From Bradymonadales bacterium (lineage in GTDB: Bacteria; Bdellovibrionota; UBA2394): 64,000 nucleotides of DNA. The notes under the pieces were generated by a model, which saw only the letters and a program-made list of their open reading frames with translations, searched no databases and was not told the DNA's origin. Below are positions 37,800 through 47,677 of this stretch, in pieces (position 1 is the first letter of the stretch; each line of letters begins with the position of its first letter). The position numbers were made by a program, and so were the translations under genes. The stretch spans positions 77,013 to 141,012 of the forward strand of contig REDG01000024.1 of NCBI GenBank assembly GCA_007693605.1. Reading direction: 5' to 3'.

Positions 37800-39804
37800 C
37801 CTTCCCCGCTTCTTTCATAGAGATCTGAGTTGGATGCAGTTCAATGACCGAGTTCTTGACGAGGCAAACTCAAAAGGCGTGCCCCTTTTGGAGAGGCTCA
37901 AATTCTTGGGCATTTCAGCTTCCAACCTAGATGAGTTTTTCATGATTCGATTTCCTTCTGTGCTCAGAGAGGAAAGTTCAGATCCTCAGATCAGAGATCA
38001 GATTCTGGAGGCCGTTCTCAGTTTTCATAGCCGTCAAGAACGATGCCACCGCTCTTTAAAGAAGCAGCTCCAAGAAGAAGGCATCGAGATCGTCACAGAT
38101 AAAAAACAAATCGAAACTCTCGGAGCAGAGATTTTCGAGTCTGAGATCGCGGCTCATTTAGATGTTGCAGGAGAAAGCCTTGATCACTTTCTCTCCAAAT
38201 TTGAGAACCATCGAGTGGGCTTTATCTTTTCTAACGGCCTCTCCTATAAACTCCCCCCAAATCTCGATTCCTTTTATCTGCGAAGGATCGAAAAGAATTT
38301 CTATATTTTCATTTTGGATGATCTTGTGGAAGTTTTTCTTCAGAAGCTTCATCCTCATTTAGGTAAACCCATTCGATTTAGAATGACCCGAGATGCGGAT
38401 GTGCGGGTTGATATCGACTCGGAAGATCCCGAGGCAATCCCGGATATTGTGAAGAAAAGAGTCCGAAGTAGAGATGAAGGAAAGTGGACTCGCTGTTTGA
38501 TCCGAGCGGATCCACAAGTGAATCCAGACACCCTCCTTCAAAAAATCAAAGTGCCACCATCTCAGTGCTTCTTTCTGAATCACAGCCTGCTTTTGAAGGC
38601 CTGCTTTGAAGCGGCCTGCAAGGTCTCTGGCGAGCTTTCTTCAGAGTCCCCGCTGGTGTATCCTCCCGTTCGATCCTACCTTCCCAAAGAGCTCTCAAAG
38701 CCAAGTCAAATTTTTTCCTCCCTACTGAAAAGAGACTACCTGCTCCATCATCCTTATGATTCTTTCGAGGCTGTCGTGAACTTCGTCAGGGCAGCGGTAG
38801 ATGATCCGAATGTATTGTCGATACAACAGACAGTCTATCGGGTGGATGCGCTCTCTGAGGTGACAAATCTACTAAAGAAGGCTGCGAGTCAAAAAAAAGT
38901 CAGTGTTTATATCGAGCCCCGAGCCCGCTTCGATGAGCTGAACAATATTCAGCTGGCAGAGGATCTCAGAAGGGCTGGGGTCAAGGTCGTCTTTCCCTTC
39001 GGAGAATGGAAGATTCACGCCAAGCTGATTCTGGTTGAAAGGAAAGACCCCGGCGGAAAGCGAGAGAGATTCACCCACCTATCAACGGGAAATTACAACT
39101 CGAAAACCGCTCGGCTTTACACCGATTTTGGGGTTCTGACGGCGAGACCTCAGGTCGGGGAGGACGCCGCACTTTTCTTTGACAGCATTCGAAAGGGAGA
39201 GGTCCCCACACAGCTCTCGCACCTCTTGGTTGCGCCCACCCAACTTCATAAGAGATTACAACTATTGATCGCCCAAGAGACGCGAGAGGCAAGAAGCGGA
39301 AAAGATGCCAGAATTGTTGTCAAAGTGAACGCACTCGTTGACAGAAAGATCATCCAATCGCTTTACGCCGCTTCTCAGGCTGGAGTGAAACTGGACTTGA
39401 TTGTAAGAGGGGCCTGCTCATTGGTTCCTGGTATCCCAGAACTGAGTGAAAACATTCGTGTGATTAGTATCGTCGATCGGTATTTGGAACACAGTCGAAT
39501 CTATTACTTTCAAAGCTCAAATCAACTCTACCTCTCAAGTGCAGATTGGATGCCGCGCAATTTTTTCTCTCGACTTGAAATTGCGTACCCAATTCTTGAT
39601 GAAAGAATTTTTCGATATATCACGCAAGATGTGATTCCATGCTATCTTGCAGACAATCAAAAGGCGAGGCGGCTTCATGAGGACGGCAAATGGCGGCCAG
39701 TAAAGGACTCAAAATCTCAAGACCACCGGGCTCAGTTTGTGTTCGAGAAGTTTTCCCAAAGTGAGTACCGAAACACTCAACTCGCCAACTCAATTTCATT
39801 TTGA
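37774..39804 (+). CDS. ppk1: Polyphosphate kinase 1
   Basis: RDLSW.QFN.RVL, NLDEFFMIR, HHPYDSF, ARFDE.NNI, KIHAK, STGNYN, RYLEHSR, SADWMPRN. Confidence 0.95.
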   Translation: MSPPETQPSLPRFFHRDLSWMQFNDRVLDEANSKGVPLLERLKFLGISASNLDEFFMIRFPSVLREESSDPQIRDQILEAVLSFHSRQERCHRSLKKQLQEEGIEIVTDKKQIETLGAEIFESEIAAHLDVAGESLDHFLSKFENHRVGFIFSNGLSYKLPPNLDSFYLRRIEKNFYIFILDDLVEVFLQKLHPHLGKPIRFRMTRDADVRVDIDSEDPEAIPDIVKKRVRSRDEGKWTRCLIRADPQVNPDTLLQKIKVPPSQCFFLNHSLLLKACFEAACKVSGELSSESPLVYPPVRSYLPKELSKPSQIFSSLLKRDYLLHHPYDSFEAVVNFVRAAVDDPNVLSIQQTVYRVDALSEVTNLLKKAASQKKVSVYIEPRARFDELNNIQLAEDLRRAGVKVVFPFGEWKIHAKLILVERKDPGGKRERFTHLSTGNYNSKTARLYTDFGVLTARPQVGEDAALFFDSIRKGEVPTQLSHLLVAPTQLHKRLQLLIAQETREARSGKDARIVVKVNALVDRKIIQSLYAASQAGVKLDLIVRGACSLVPGIPELSENIRVISIVDRYLEHSRIYYFQSSNQLYLSSADWMPRNFFSRLEIAYPILDERIFRYITQDVIPCYLADNQKARRLHEDGKWRPVKDSKSQDHRAQFVFEKFSQSEYRNTQLANSISF

Positions 39805-40715
39805 CCCGAAGAGAGACTCAGCCTTTCTAGTTCTCTCTGAAGAATTCCTTCTCTCAATGCAAATCGTGTACGAATCACAAACTTCGCACCAAAGAAATGG
39901 AGAAGTTCTTCTAACAGAATGGCCCCCGACAGAATGATGTCGAGACGCTTGGGCTCCATTCCTGGAATCAGCAAGAGATCGTGTTGAGACAATCGACTCA
40001 TTTCAGAAACTAGCTCTGCCAAGGCCTTTCTGTGAATGTCTTCTCCGAGACCTGTCGCCTTCATAATTCGACTAATCGCCTTGATCGTCCCGCTCGCGCC
40101 AAACACCTGCGAAAGCTTCGGCCAGTCTTTATAGCCTGCGACCGAGCCCAACTCTCTTCGAATGGCCGATCGCATACTGAGAATTTCTCCACTGAGAGGT
40201 TTTTCGGAAAGAAACTTTTGCCGCAGCCTCGCAGCTCCAAGCTTTAAACTCTGAAGAAAGGCTGCCTTTCCATCGACAGAGGCGCCCACTTCTGTGCTCC
40301 CTCCTCCGATATCACAAAAACCAAAGGCCTGAGACGCCCTCGACTCGAAGGCCTGAATTCCTTTCAGAATCAACTCCGCCTCCACCTGGCCAGAAATGAT
40401 CTTGATGGGAAACTGCAACTCCTTTTTGATCTTATGAATGAACGCTCTTCCATTCCTTGCCTCTCGACAAGCACTTGTCGCAACTCCGGTCACAACATCC
40501 GCCTGAAAGTCTTCAACAACAGTCTTGAACCCTCTCAAGGCCTGCTCTGTTCGATTCATTGCCTCTCGCTTCAGTTGTTTTGTTCGAAACAAATCCTCCC
40601 CCAGACGAACCATCACCTTTTCTCTATAGAAGGAGCGAACGAACCCAGGACGAGGGACTTCGTAAACATCAAACCGAACGGAATTTGTCCCGAGGTCAAT
40701 GACAGCAATTCTCAC
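39777..40715 (-). CDS. ppx: Ppx/GppA exopolyphosphatase (short form, no HD domain)
   Basis: IDLGTNS, ATSACREA.N, DIGGGSTE, ALREG. Confidence 0.9.
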   Translation of the reverse strand: MRIAVIDLGTNSVRFDVYEVPRPGFVRSFYREKVMVRLGEDLFRTKQLKREAMNRTEQALRGFKTVVEDFQADVVTGVATSACREARNGRAFIHKIKKELQFPIKIISGQVEAELILKGIQAFESRASQAFGFCDIGGGSTEVGASVDGKAAFLQSLKLGAARLRQKFLSEKPLSGEILSMRSAIRRELGSVAGYKDWPKLSQVFGASGTIKAISRIMKATGLGEDIHRKALAELVSEMSRLSQHDLLLIPGMEPKRLDIILSGAILLEELLHFFGAKFVIRTRFALREGILQRELERLSLSSGQNEIELAS

Positions 40716-40762
40716 AAGATTAGACTCTCACTTCAAAGAGAATGCTTCAATGCTCGAGTTGA

Positions 40763-41245
40763 TCAAAATCCACGAGACCGATAAGCCTCAACGGAAGCTT
40801 CTTCTATTAGAAAGTATGAACCACCGAACACACTCTCGGATTCAAGCAGGCGAAACCGCCCAGTCACCCATTGGGGACGGATGAGTTGCATGGTTGGCAT
40901 TCTGGACCTTAGTCGAACGAGCACAATCTGATTGGGCGGTGGTGGGGGGACATGAATGCAAGCCATGGCGGAAGGGACCAGAATGAACTCCTCGACGAAC
41001 TGCAGGTCATCTTCGAGAGGCACGACAAATCCCGGAATCCTCACGAACTGGCCGTCTAGCTCCTTCAGAAAGCTTGGGGGATCAAACTCCGCTGACACCT
41101 GGAATTGCCTCAACTCTCTCCACTGAAGGGCTGAAGTCTCCGACGCTAGTGGAGGCTCATCGCCGGAGTCCCCGACAAACCGAAGCAAAAAGGGGACGGA
41201 GCCCACCAAAAGAAGTATTCCCAACCACAACAGAGTTTCCTTCAT
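40763..41245 (-). CDS. DUF3299 family protein
   Basis: LDG..VRIPGFVVPL, EF.LVP...ACIHVPPPPPNQ.V. Confidence 0.9.
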   Translation of the reverse strand: MKETLLWLGILLLVGSVPFLLRFVGDSGDEPPLASETSALQWRELRQFQVSAEFDPPSFLKELDGQFVRIPGFVVPLEDDLQFVEEFILVPSAMACIHVPPPPPNQIVLVRLRSRMPTMQLIRPQWVTGRFRLLESESVFGGSYFLIEEASVEAYRSRGF

Positions 41246-42513
41246 GCATCTCCCAAATCAAGATTTGAGTTTAATGATCGATAATAGGCTCTAGCCGCTG
41301 GAAACACTCCCCCCAACCCACTGGCCACAAGAATGACCAGACTCAACCGCAGATCAGCAAGGCCTCCGAACTCGAAATTCAGCATTAGGCCGTATTGTCC
41401 CTCGGCCAAATGAACCCAGACAGGCCAAAGAAAAAGTAACAAGGCGTTGGCGACCAACAAACCCCCGACGCCAATCATGAGAGCCTCTGAAAGCACTAGG
41501 CCAAAAATGAAGCCTGGAGGCGCTCCCAACAGTCTCAAAACTGCAAACTCTCTCAATCGAAAGTCCAAAGACACCCACAAGAGAGTCAATGGGCTGACAA
41601 AGCAAAGCACCAGAACCAGCGCCAACACAAATGAAAATATTTGTTCAACCCACTCCATGACTTGCCACAGCTCTCGAAACACTTGGCCCGGCAGAATCGC
41701 GGTCAAAGCCTCCGCTTCGTAGTCATAGAACTCTCGCTGAAGAGACAGAATTCTTGCTCGATGCGTCTCCCTTAAGCCCACAAAAACAGCAGTGATGTAG
41801 TCTGGAGTCAATCGGTCCGGCACCGAAACCTCGGCCTCAAAAGGGGGGGCGCCGTCTTCCCAACCCAAATGGATCAGCTCCATAGCCTCAAGACTAATGA
41901 ATAAGGCTTGGTCCCACGGACTTCGAGTCTCTTCCAGAATCCCCACCACCTGAAACTGATGGTCGTCGTGCTCAAAAAATGAGTCCCCGCCTACTCCGTG
42001 TTGCAATATCACAGCGTCTCCAAGCTTGTAGCCCAATCGCTCTGCAACTCTGGCCCCCAAAACAACTCCGGTCTCATCTTGAAAAGTTTGACCCTCGCGA
42101 AAAGCAAAAGTCTGAGCTCTCCCGAAGCGAACGAACTCAAAAAACTCCCTCTTTGTCGCAACAGCTCTGTAGCCAAGATGTGAATCCCCAAGAGATATCG
42201 GGACTGCCCAGTTCACACTCGAATGAGAGGCGATTGCCTCGAAAGTTTTGTAACTCATCAGCGCAGTTGGGCTTCCCAGCCCAAAAACAGTATAAAGTAA
42301 AAGTTGAAGTGGACCCGACCGCCCCCCCACAATCAAGTCGGTGCCAGAGATGCTCCGCTGAAAACTCTCCTCTGCAGACTTTTGTGTGCGATCAAGTACG
42401 AGATAGCTGAAAGCGCTCAGTCCTAGGCAAAGGACGATCAGCAGAACGAGCGACCTACGGCTCCACAAGCTTCTAAATCCGAGCTGCCAAGCCTTCAAGT
42501 TCCAACCTTCCAA
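41242..42513 (-). CDS. ABC transporter permease (FtsX/MacB type)
   Basis: DLIVGGRSGPLQLLLY.VF, PISLGDSH.GYR, REFA.LR.LGA. Confidence 0.9.
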   Translation of the reverse strand: MEGWNLKAWQLGFRSLWSRRSLVLLIVLCLGLSAFSYLVLDRTQKSAEESFQRSISGTDLIVGGRSGPLQLLLYTVFGLGSPTALMSYKTFEAIASHSSVNWAVPISLGDSHLGYRAVATKREFFEFVRFGRAQTFAFREGQTFQDETGVVLGARVAERLGYKLGDAVILQHGVGGDSFFEHDDHQFQVVGILEETRSPWDQALFISLEAMELIHLGWEDGAPPFEAEVSVPDRLTPDYITAVFVGLRETHRARILSLQREFYDYEAEALTAILPGQVFRELWQVMEWVEQIFSFVLALVLVLCFVSPLTLLWVSLDFRLREFAVLRLLGAPPGFIFGLVLSEALMIGVGGLLVANALLLFLWPVWVHLAEGQYGLMLNFEFGGLADLRLSLVILVASGLGGVFPAARAYYRSLNSNLDLGDA

Positions 42514-43163
42514 TCTGATATCTCAATCTCTCGATCAAAATTGAATTCGAGATTCTGATGGCTCACCCAAATCAACGAGCGCCCGTCTTCACGCAGAAAC
42601 TCCTCTAAGACTCGGGTGAAAATCCCAGCATTCTCTTCGTCGAGTGAAGATGTGGGTTCATCCGCCAAAATCAAGGGGGCGCCCGAAGCCAGAGCGCGAA
42701 TCGCCGCCACTCTTTGCTGCTCCCCCTTGCTCAATTCGAATGGAAATCGTTTTGAAATCTCTTGGCTAAGCTGAAAGCTTTCAAAAAGCCTCAGCAGATC
42801 CTTGTCCTCTGTTCTCTGAGTCGACCAGTTTCTCACAAGTCTTATGTTCTGCAAAACCGATAGATAATTGATTAAGTTAAAGGATTGAAAGATGAAACTC
42901 ACGGATTTCGCTCGGAACTGATCTCTCTGAGAGCCTGAAAGCTTCTTCAAGTTCTCTCCGAACAACAGGAGGTCTCCCTCACTTGGCAACAGAACCCCAC
43001 TGATGAGTTTCAAAAAACTAGTCTTTCCGGCCCCACTCTTGCCGCGAAGCAGAATTTTCTCTCCCGCCCGCATCTCAAAGTGCGGAATATGAAGAAGGCA
43101 GGTCTTAGAATCCCAAAGGAACCTAAGGTCTCTACAGCTCAAGATAATCTCTGAGGACGACAC
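42495..43163 (-). CDS. ABC transporter ATP-binding protein
   Basis: GKSGAGKT, FQSFNL, LSKGEQQR, LADEPTS.LD. Confidence 0.9.
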   Translation of the reverse strand: MSSSEIILSCRDLRFLWDSKTCLLHIPHFEMRAGEKILLRGKSGAGKTSFLKLISGVLLPSEGDLLLFGENLKKLSGSQRDQFRAKSVSFIFQSFNLINYLSVLQNIRLVRNWSTQRTEDKDLLRLFESFQLSQEISKRFPFELSKGEQQRVAAIRALASGAPLILADEPTSSLDEENAGIFTRVLEEFLREDGRSLIWVSHQNLEFNFDREIEISDWKVGT

Positions 43164-43169
43164 CCATAA

Positions 43170-43198
43170 AAATTAACCGGCTTGTTCTGATATGACAA
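43170..43198 (-). promoter_or_regulatory. Sigma70 promoter, probably leaderless
   Basis: TTGTCA-17 nt-TAATTT, 6 nt before GTG 43163. Confidence 0.5.
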
Positions 43199-43232
43199 GT
43201 TGTGTGCTGAAAGTGATGGGGCTAGAGATCGG

Positions 43233-44237
43233 TCATTTGCCCGCAAGCATTCGGATGAAGCTTGTGAGCAAATTCTGATCGTACTCGTCGGAGAGCTTGC
43301 CCTGCATCAATTTAAGAGCCTCAACGGGACTGTGAGCAGACTGATACGGACGATGGGAAGTCATGCTGTCAAAGCAGTCGCAAATGGCCACAACCTTCGC
43401 CAGGGCTAGATAGTCTCCACTAAGCCTATAGGGATAGCCCGTTCCATTGGGCCTTTCATGGTGCATCAGAATAATCTTTTCCGCAAGTTCTGGCAGGGTG
43501 CTTGCCTTTCGGACAAGTTCATAGCCATACATCGGATGCTTCTCGACCTCTCGCCTCTCATCGTCGGTGAGTGCCCCTCGCTTATTTAAAATCTTCCGAT
43601 CAATCTTGGCTTTTCCGATGTCATGCAGAATCGAACCGATCCCAATGGATGAGAGTTCGTCATATGTCTTTAACCCAATCTCCCTCGCGAGAGTAATGGA
43701 GTAAGCCGAAGTGTGAATGGCGTGGGTGTACTCAGAAAAATCGGCAGTTGCCATTTTCATCAGCTCAAAGAAATTCTCTTTCTTGGTTAGGTAATCAATG
43801 GATGTCTCTACAATCTTAACCGAACGCTTCACACTCACGGAAGACTCCGGATTCTTGTAGATCGCCTCTAGAATGGTGGCCGAGGCTTCGTAAAGAATCT
43901 TCGACTTCTCTTTATTGCTGATTCTCGGCTCATTGATGATTCGAGTAAGATTGGACTCCAGAAATTGATGATGTTCCTGCTCGTTCTTGCACTGGATGAA
44001 GAGATGCTTGACACCAAAACCCTCAAGCTTCGTGACATCTTCTTTTTTCCAATAAAAGTTCTTGGGCCGAAATAAGAGGTACTGGCCTTGATAATACAGA
44101 AAGAGGTCGGCATCGATTTTTTCGCCGGGTTGATAGAGGTTGGAAGGGACTTGGTAGTACTCTAAGCCCAACTCTCCAACCGAATTGGATCTGACCTTCG
44201 CAGACGGCTCCACAGTTAAAATACTACCATCGTTCAA
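43233..44237 (-). CDS. HD-GYP domain protein (cyclic dinucleotide phosphodiesterase)
   Basis: LHDIGK, HHERPNGTGYP, D.FDSMTS.RPY; start codon uncertain. Confidence 0.9.
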   Translation of the reverse strand: MNDGSILTVEPSAKVRSNSVGELGLEYYQVPSNLYQPGEKIDADLFLYYQGQYLLFRPKNFYWKKEDVTKLEGFGVKHLFIQCKNEQEHHQFLESNLTRIINEPRISNKEKSKILYEASATILEAIYKNPESSVSVKRSVKIVETSIDYLTKKENFFELMKMATADFSEYTHAIHTSAYSITLAREIGLKTYDELSSIGIGSILHDIGKAKIDRKILNKRGALTDDERREVEKHPMYGYELVRKASTLPELAEKIILMHHERPNGTGYPYRLSGDYLALAKVVAICDCFDSMTSHRPYQSAHSPVEALKLMQGKLSDEYDQNLLTSFIRMLAGK

Positions 44238-44303
44238 TAAGGTCGGTGCAGGGCCCCGATTATTTCTTTAAATCTTGAATAAAAGCTGGAACTAAAGTTA
44301 CCC

Positions 44304-44331
44304 ACAGGGAGGGGATCTCTCCCCTCCCTGT
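44304..44331. terminator. Perfect 12-bp GC-rich hairpin
   Basis: ACAGGGAGGGGA-TCTC-TCCCCTCCCTGT; only a weak U tract. Confidence 0.55.
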
Positions 44332-44451
44332 TTCAAATGGGCGGCAGCTCCCGAGTGCTTGAGCCCCAGACTTTTCTAGGATCTGGAGCGCCCTATCACA
44401 CTCGAAGGCTGCCTGTGACTATAACTATTCATCACGGGCATCACCTCCTTT
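44304..44451 (-). ncRNA. Candidate structured small RNA / mini-ORF unit with an extended Shine-Dalgarno
   Basis: AAAGGAGGTGAT (44440-44451), 19-codon ORF 44376-44435, long hairpin 44343-44413, then the 12-bp hairpin. Confidence 0.4.
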
Positions 44452-44521
44452 CAGGCCTTAAAAGGCAGACTTCATCATAAAGGGAGTCCTAAAAAAGGTC
44501 AAAGCCGGCTTAACTTCAGCT

Positions 44522-47500
44522 CTACTTTTGCTCTTTTCCGTAGAGCCGACGCAAGCCATGCACCAGAGATTCATGAGCTTGGCTCAATTCAACAAAACCA
44601 ATCTTCTCAGAATGCCGCTCACTGAGCTCTTTGAAAGCTTCTGAAAGTTGGGTCATTCCTCCTGAGAGCCCCGCCCCCTGGGGATCGATATGAGCATAGC
44701 CGTAATGCTCCACCCGTTCGGCCAGGGCGCTGATCCACTGGAGGAAGTCTGGGTTCACCCCCTCACCGCCGTCTGAAAAGTGAAGAATGAAGCGATTCCA
44801 TTGTTTTCGAGGATGTTTCTCAAAAGACTGCTCAACAAGCTCCAAGGCGGCACGAGAACTCGTCCCACCGCCCAGGCTCCTTGTGAAAAATTCCTTTCTG
44901 TCTACTTCTTGAGCGTCGGTATCGTAGATATAGAATCTTTCTTCTAGATAGGGGTACAAAGTCCTTAGAACGGCAGAAACATAGGCAACCATTTGTCGTT
45001 CAATCGCTCGATGTTCTGCAGACATACTTCCAGAGGTGTCTGCCACATAAAAGATGACGGCATCAAAGTCGGGCTTCTGCTCCATTCGGCGATTAGAAAC
45101 AACGAAATCTTCGGGCTCTGCATACATCATCCCAATCTCCAAAAGCTCGTCATCCGTTTTTTCTGTGTGGTCTTTACCTTGGGCCTGAAGCGTCATCATT
45201 CCTCGAATCACAAGAGCTTCTGCGGTCTCCATATCTTTCCGCGTCCCATCCATTTGACGGAGCCTTCCCCGTCTTCTCTTGACCTCCGTCGGATTTCGAC
45301 CGTCCACCTTTCTCTGGAGATTTCGAAGCTGAATACCCTCAGCAATGATCTTACCAAAAAGCTCAATGGGTATATCAACGGCTCCTTCGCCTGACGCTGT
45401 TCCCCCTGGGGCAGTTTGGTCGGGATCTCCAGAATCGGATTCTCCCTCTTTTTCCTCCCCTTCAGAACCCTGTTCAGTCCCCTCCCCTTCTCCCTCAGAG
45501 CCCTGGCCAGAACCCTCATTTTCCGGAATGGGAAATAGATCTCCGGGTCGATAATGCCCGCTTCCAATATTGAGATCGAGATCTAGCAAATCAGATGGCA
45601 CTAGGCCCTCCACTGGCCGACCCAATGCTGGAAGCACTCCTTCTTGCATCGTCTCAACAGGAGTTCTCTTCATGGTCTGCAATCGAAAGCGCCGAATCTT
45701 TTGATCCAAGCGAAACTGAGGAAGCTCCGGAGTCACTTGAACTCTGACTTTCTTTCCTCCCGCCAAGGTTTTTACCGGCCACTTTCCTTCTGCCACCAAT
45801 CTAAAAATCTCAGCAGAGCGATTTCTGACAAAGTCTTGATATCGCATAACGCTCGAGGCCGCTGTGGTCGCTGCCCGTGAACTCTCGAAAACCTCAACCG
45901 CTGGGGGATGATTCAGCTCCATAGCCTGTGACACCAACTGATTAAAGCGTTCAGAGTTCTCTGACTTCGAATTGCCAATGGATAGATCAAACAGATAGCT
46001 GTTTAGACTCTCCTGTCCCCATGCCTCCAATCGCTCTCTAAAGGCTTCTTCCTCAGTTTCAATTCGAACTTCTCCTGTGGGATCAACAATCACAGCCATT
46101 TCAAACAAATCTCGAGTGCCCTTAATCGGATTTTTTACATCGACCGAGCCAAACCACATGCTCGACCCAAAACCTTCGAATCGAACAGGCCTTCCAAAGT
46201 ATTCTTTAGATAGCAGATAGGCCATTTTCACGATCGACTCTAGGGTAAGTGGAGTGAGCTGTGTCATTTCATGTCGAAGAACAACGAGGCCTGTCTTTTT
46301 GTCTTTAAAGTCTTTCAGATAGACCTGTGGAAAATGATGATCTAGATCGGCCACCGCCTTCGCGATTCGTCTGACGATTCTTTTCGGGTCTCTACTAATC
46401 GCAATATTGGCTTTTTCTCCGTAACCAATCGGATCGACACCATGCTTTGCCTCTCGGTAGAGAAAAAGGTTGTGTTTTTCAACCCAGGCAGCGTCTAAAG
46501 CCATCTGAACAAAGCTGTAGTCATTGAACCTGGAAATGATGTTTTCCGTCGCCCACTCGATGAATTGTAGGTCTTGCTCTATCTGAGACAATCCGGACAG
46601 ATCATTCGCCTCAAAGAATCGATCTCTCACACGAAGCCAAGCCTGAAGCCCTAGCCAATAGGGATTGGATAAATCTTGACGAGTGACGGTCGCATTGAGT
46701 GCCGCGAAGTCCATGATGTTCTGGTCGGTAAAATAGGGCGTATGTGAAAGAACCACAAACTGCATCAAGACGGCGAAACCTTCGTTCATGATTTTCGTAT
46801 TCACAATGCCAGGCCCTACCCGATGAACTCTCTCAAAATGTCGAATGATCTCCCTTCGATAAGACTCTGTCTCCTCCGGAAGGTTCTGCGCCAGAAACTG
46901 CAGAATGGCTTTGGTCTCTGTTCTCGGGAATCGATGACTCGGCCTCGAAGGAGCCTCTTCTTGAAAGCCGAGTGGGCCCTCTGTTGCTTTTGCACGAGGT
47001 CGTTCATCTCTTTCGACCATCTTGAAGGACTCTGGAGGCTCAAAGCTAGCTCGGGCATAGTCTTGAAGCCCTGTCAGACTGTAGAGAGTTTGGTAGAACC
47101 ATGAAACGGCCTCGAAACCATAGTTTTCATAGGCTCGAGAGACGGCGGTAGAGAGGGCCTCAGAGTCTCGAATCCGATCTCCATCCCTTGAAAGTAAGTA
47201 GGGGCTAGAATTCGAAAAATGCAGATGCCCTGCCACATGCGCGTAGACGAGAAGGGTTTCAGAAAACCGATTGGTGTCTCTGACAATCTGTACATCACTG
47301 TCTTGCCCCTTTTCAACGAACTCCAGTATTCCCCCAGCCCTTGCCGCATTGCTTTCAACATCTCTTCCCCCAATCCAATGAACAACCGGCTGACCAAAAC
47401 TGGAAGTCAGAGCGGCCATATCGCTTCCATTGACGGACTGAATCACCATATCAGGAATTCTTAAGCCCAACTTTAGGGCGATATCTTGATAGATCAATTT

Positions 47501-47677
47501 GGCAGCTTTCTCGTATTCTGAAGCAAGACTTGAATCTCTATCGGATGTCCAGACTCGGATCTTTGGAATGGTAAGCTTGCCAACAGCATCGGCACACTTC
47601 CAATGTGCTTCTGCTCTTCCTGCGCACAAAGCAAAACAAAGGATCGCTACTGTGAACGCCCAAGTTCGTTGATCCAT
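44522..47677 (-). CDS. Signal-peptide SpoVR/YcgB-YeaH (DUF444, vWA) fusion protein
   Basis: SpoVR motifs YAHVAGHLHF, TKIMNEGFA, NPYWLG; YeaH motifs Gly/Glu-rich linker, AVIFYVADTSGSM (MIDAS), FF....GGGT, HFSDG; N-terminus MDQRT-WAFTVAILCFALC-AGRAEA. Confidence 0.85.
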   Translation of the reverse strand: MDQRTWAFTVAILCFALCAGRAEAHWKCADAVGKLTIPKIRVWTSDRDSSLASEYEKAAKLIYQDIALKLGLRIPDMVIQSVNGSDMAALTSSFGQPVVHWIGGRDVESNAARAGGILEFVEKGQDSDVQIVRDTNRFSETLLVYAHVAGHLHFSNSSPYLLSRDGDRIRDSEALSTAVSRAYENYGFEAVSWFYQTLYSLTGLQDYARASFEPPESFKMVERDERPRAKATEGPLGFQEEAPSRPSHRFPRTETKAILQFLAQNLPEETESYRREIIRHFERVHRVGPGIVNTKIMNEGFAVLMQFVVLSHTPYFTDQNIMDFAALNATVTRQDLSNPYWLGLQAWLRVRDRFFEANDLSGLSQIEQDLQFIEWATENIISRFNDYSFVQMALDAAWVEKHNLFLYREAKHGVDPIGYGEKANIAISRDPKRIVRRIAKAVADLDHHFPQVYLKDFKDKKTGLVVLRHEMTQLTPLTLESIVKMAYLLSKEYFGRPVRFEGFGSSMWFGSVDVKNPIKGTRDLFEMAVIVDPTGEVRIETEEEAFRERLEAWGQESLNSYLFDLSIGNSKSENSERFNQLVSQAMELNHPPAVEVFESSRAATTAASSVMRYQDFVRNRSAEIFRLVAEGKWPVKTLAGGKKVRVQVTPELPQFRLDQKIRRFRLQTMKRTPVETMQEGVLPALGRPVEGLVPSDLLDLDLNIGSGHYRPGDLFPIPENEGSGQGSEGEGEGTEQGSEGEEKEGESDSGDPDQTAPGGTASGEGAVDIPIELFGKIIAEGIQLRNLQRKVDGRNPTEVKRRRGRLRQMDGTRKDMETAEALVIRGMMTLQAQGKDHTEKTDDELLEIGMMYAEPEDFVVSNRRMEQKPDFDAVIFYVADTSGSMSAEHRAIERQMVAYVSAVLRTLYPYLEERFYIYDTDAQEVDRKEFFTRSLGGGTSSRAALELVEQSFEKHPRKQWNRFILHFSDGGEGVNPDFLQWISALAERVEHYGYAHIDPQGAGLSGGMTQLSEAFKELSERHSEKIGFVELSQAHESLVHGLRRLYGKEQK

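Noticed and set aside
44436..44452. 16S rRNA 3' end remnant
   Set aside because: Only ATCACCTCCTTT matches; the flanks do not resemble the terminal 16S helices, so it is read as an SD on the minus strand.
44281..44520. SRP RNA, 6S RNA or c-di-GMP riboswitch
   Set aside because: I could not find the SRP helix-8 motif, the 6S central bubble in a long rod, or the riboswitch consensus by eye; an Rfam scan is needed to exclude them formally.
45380..45520. Low-complexity Gly/Glu/Ser segment as a repeat element
   Set aside because: It corresponds to the usual flexible acidic linker of YeaH-family proteins.
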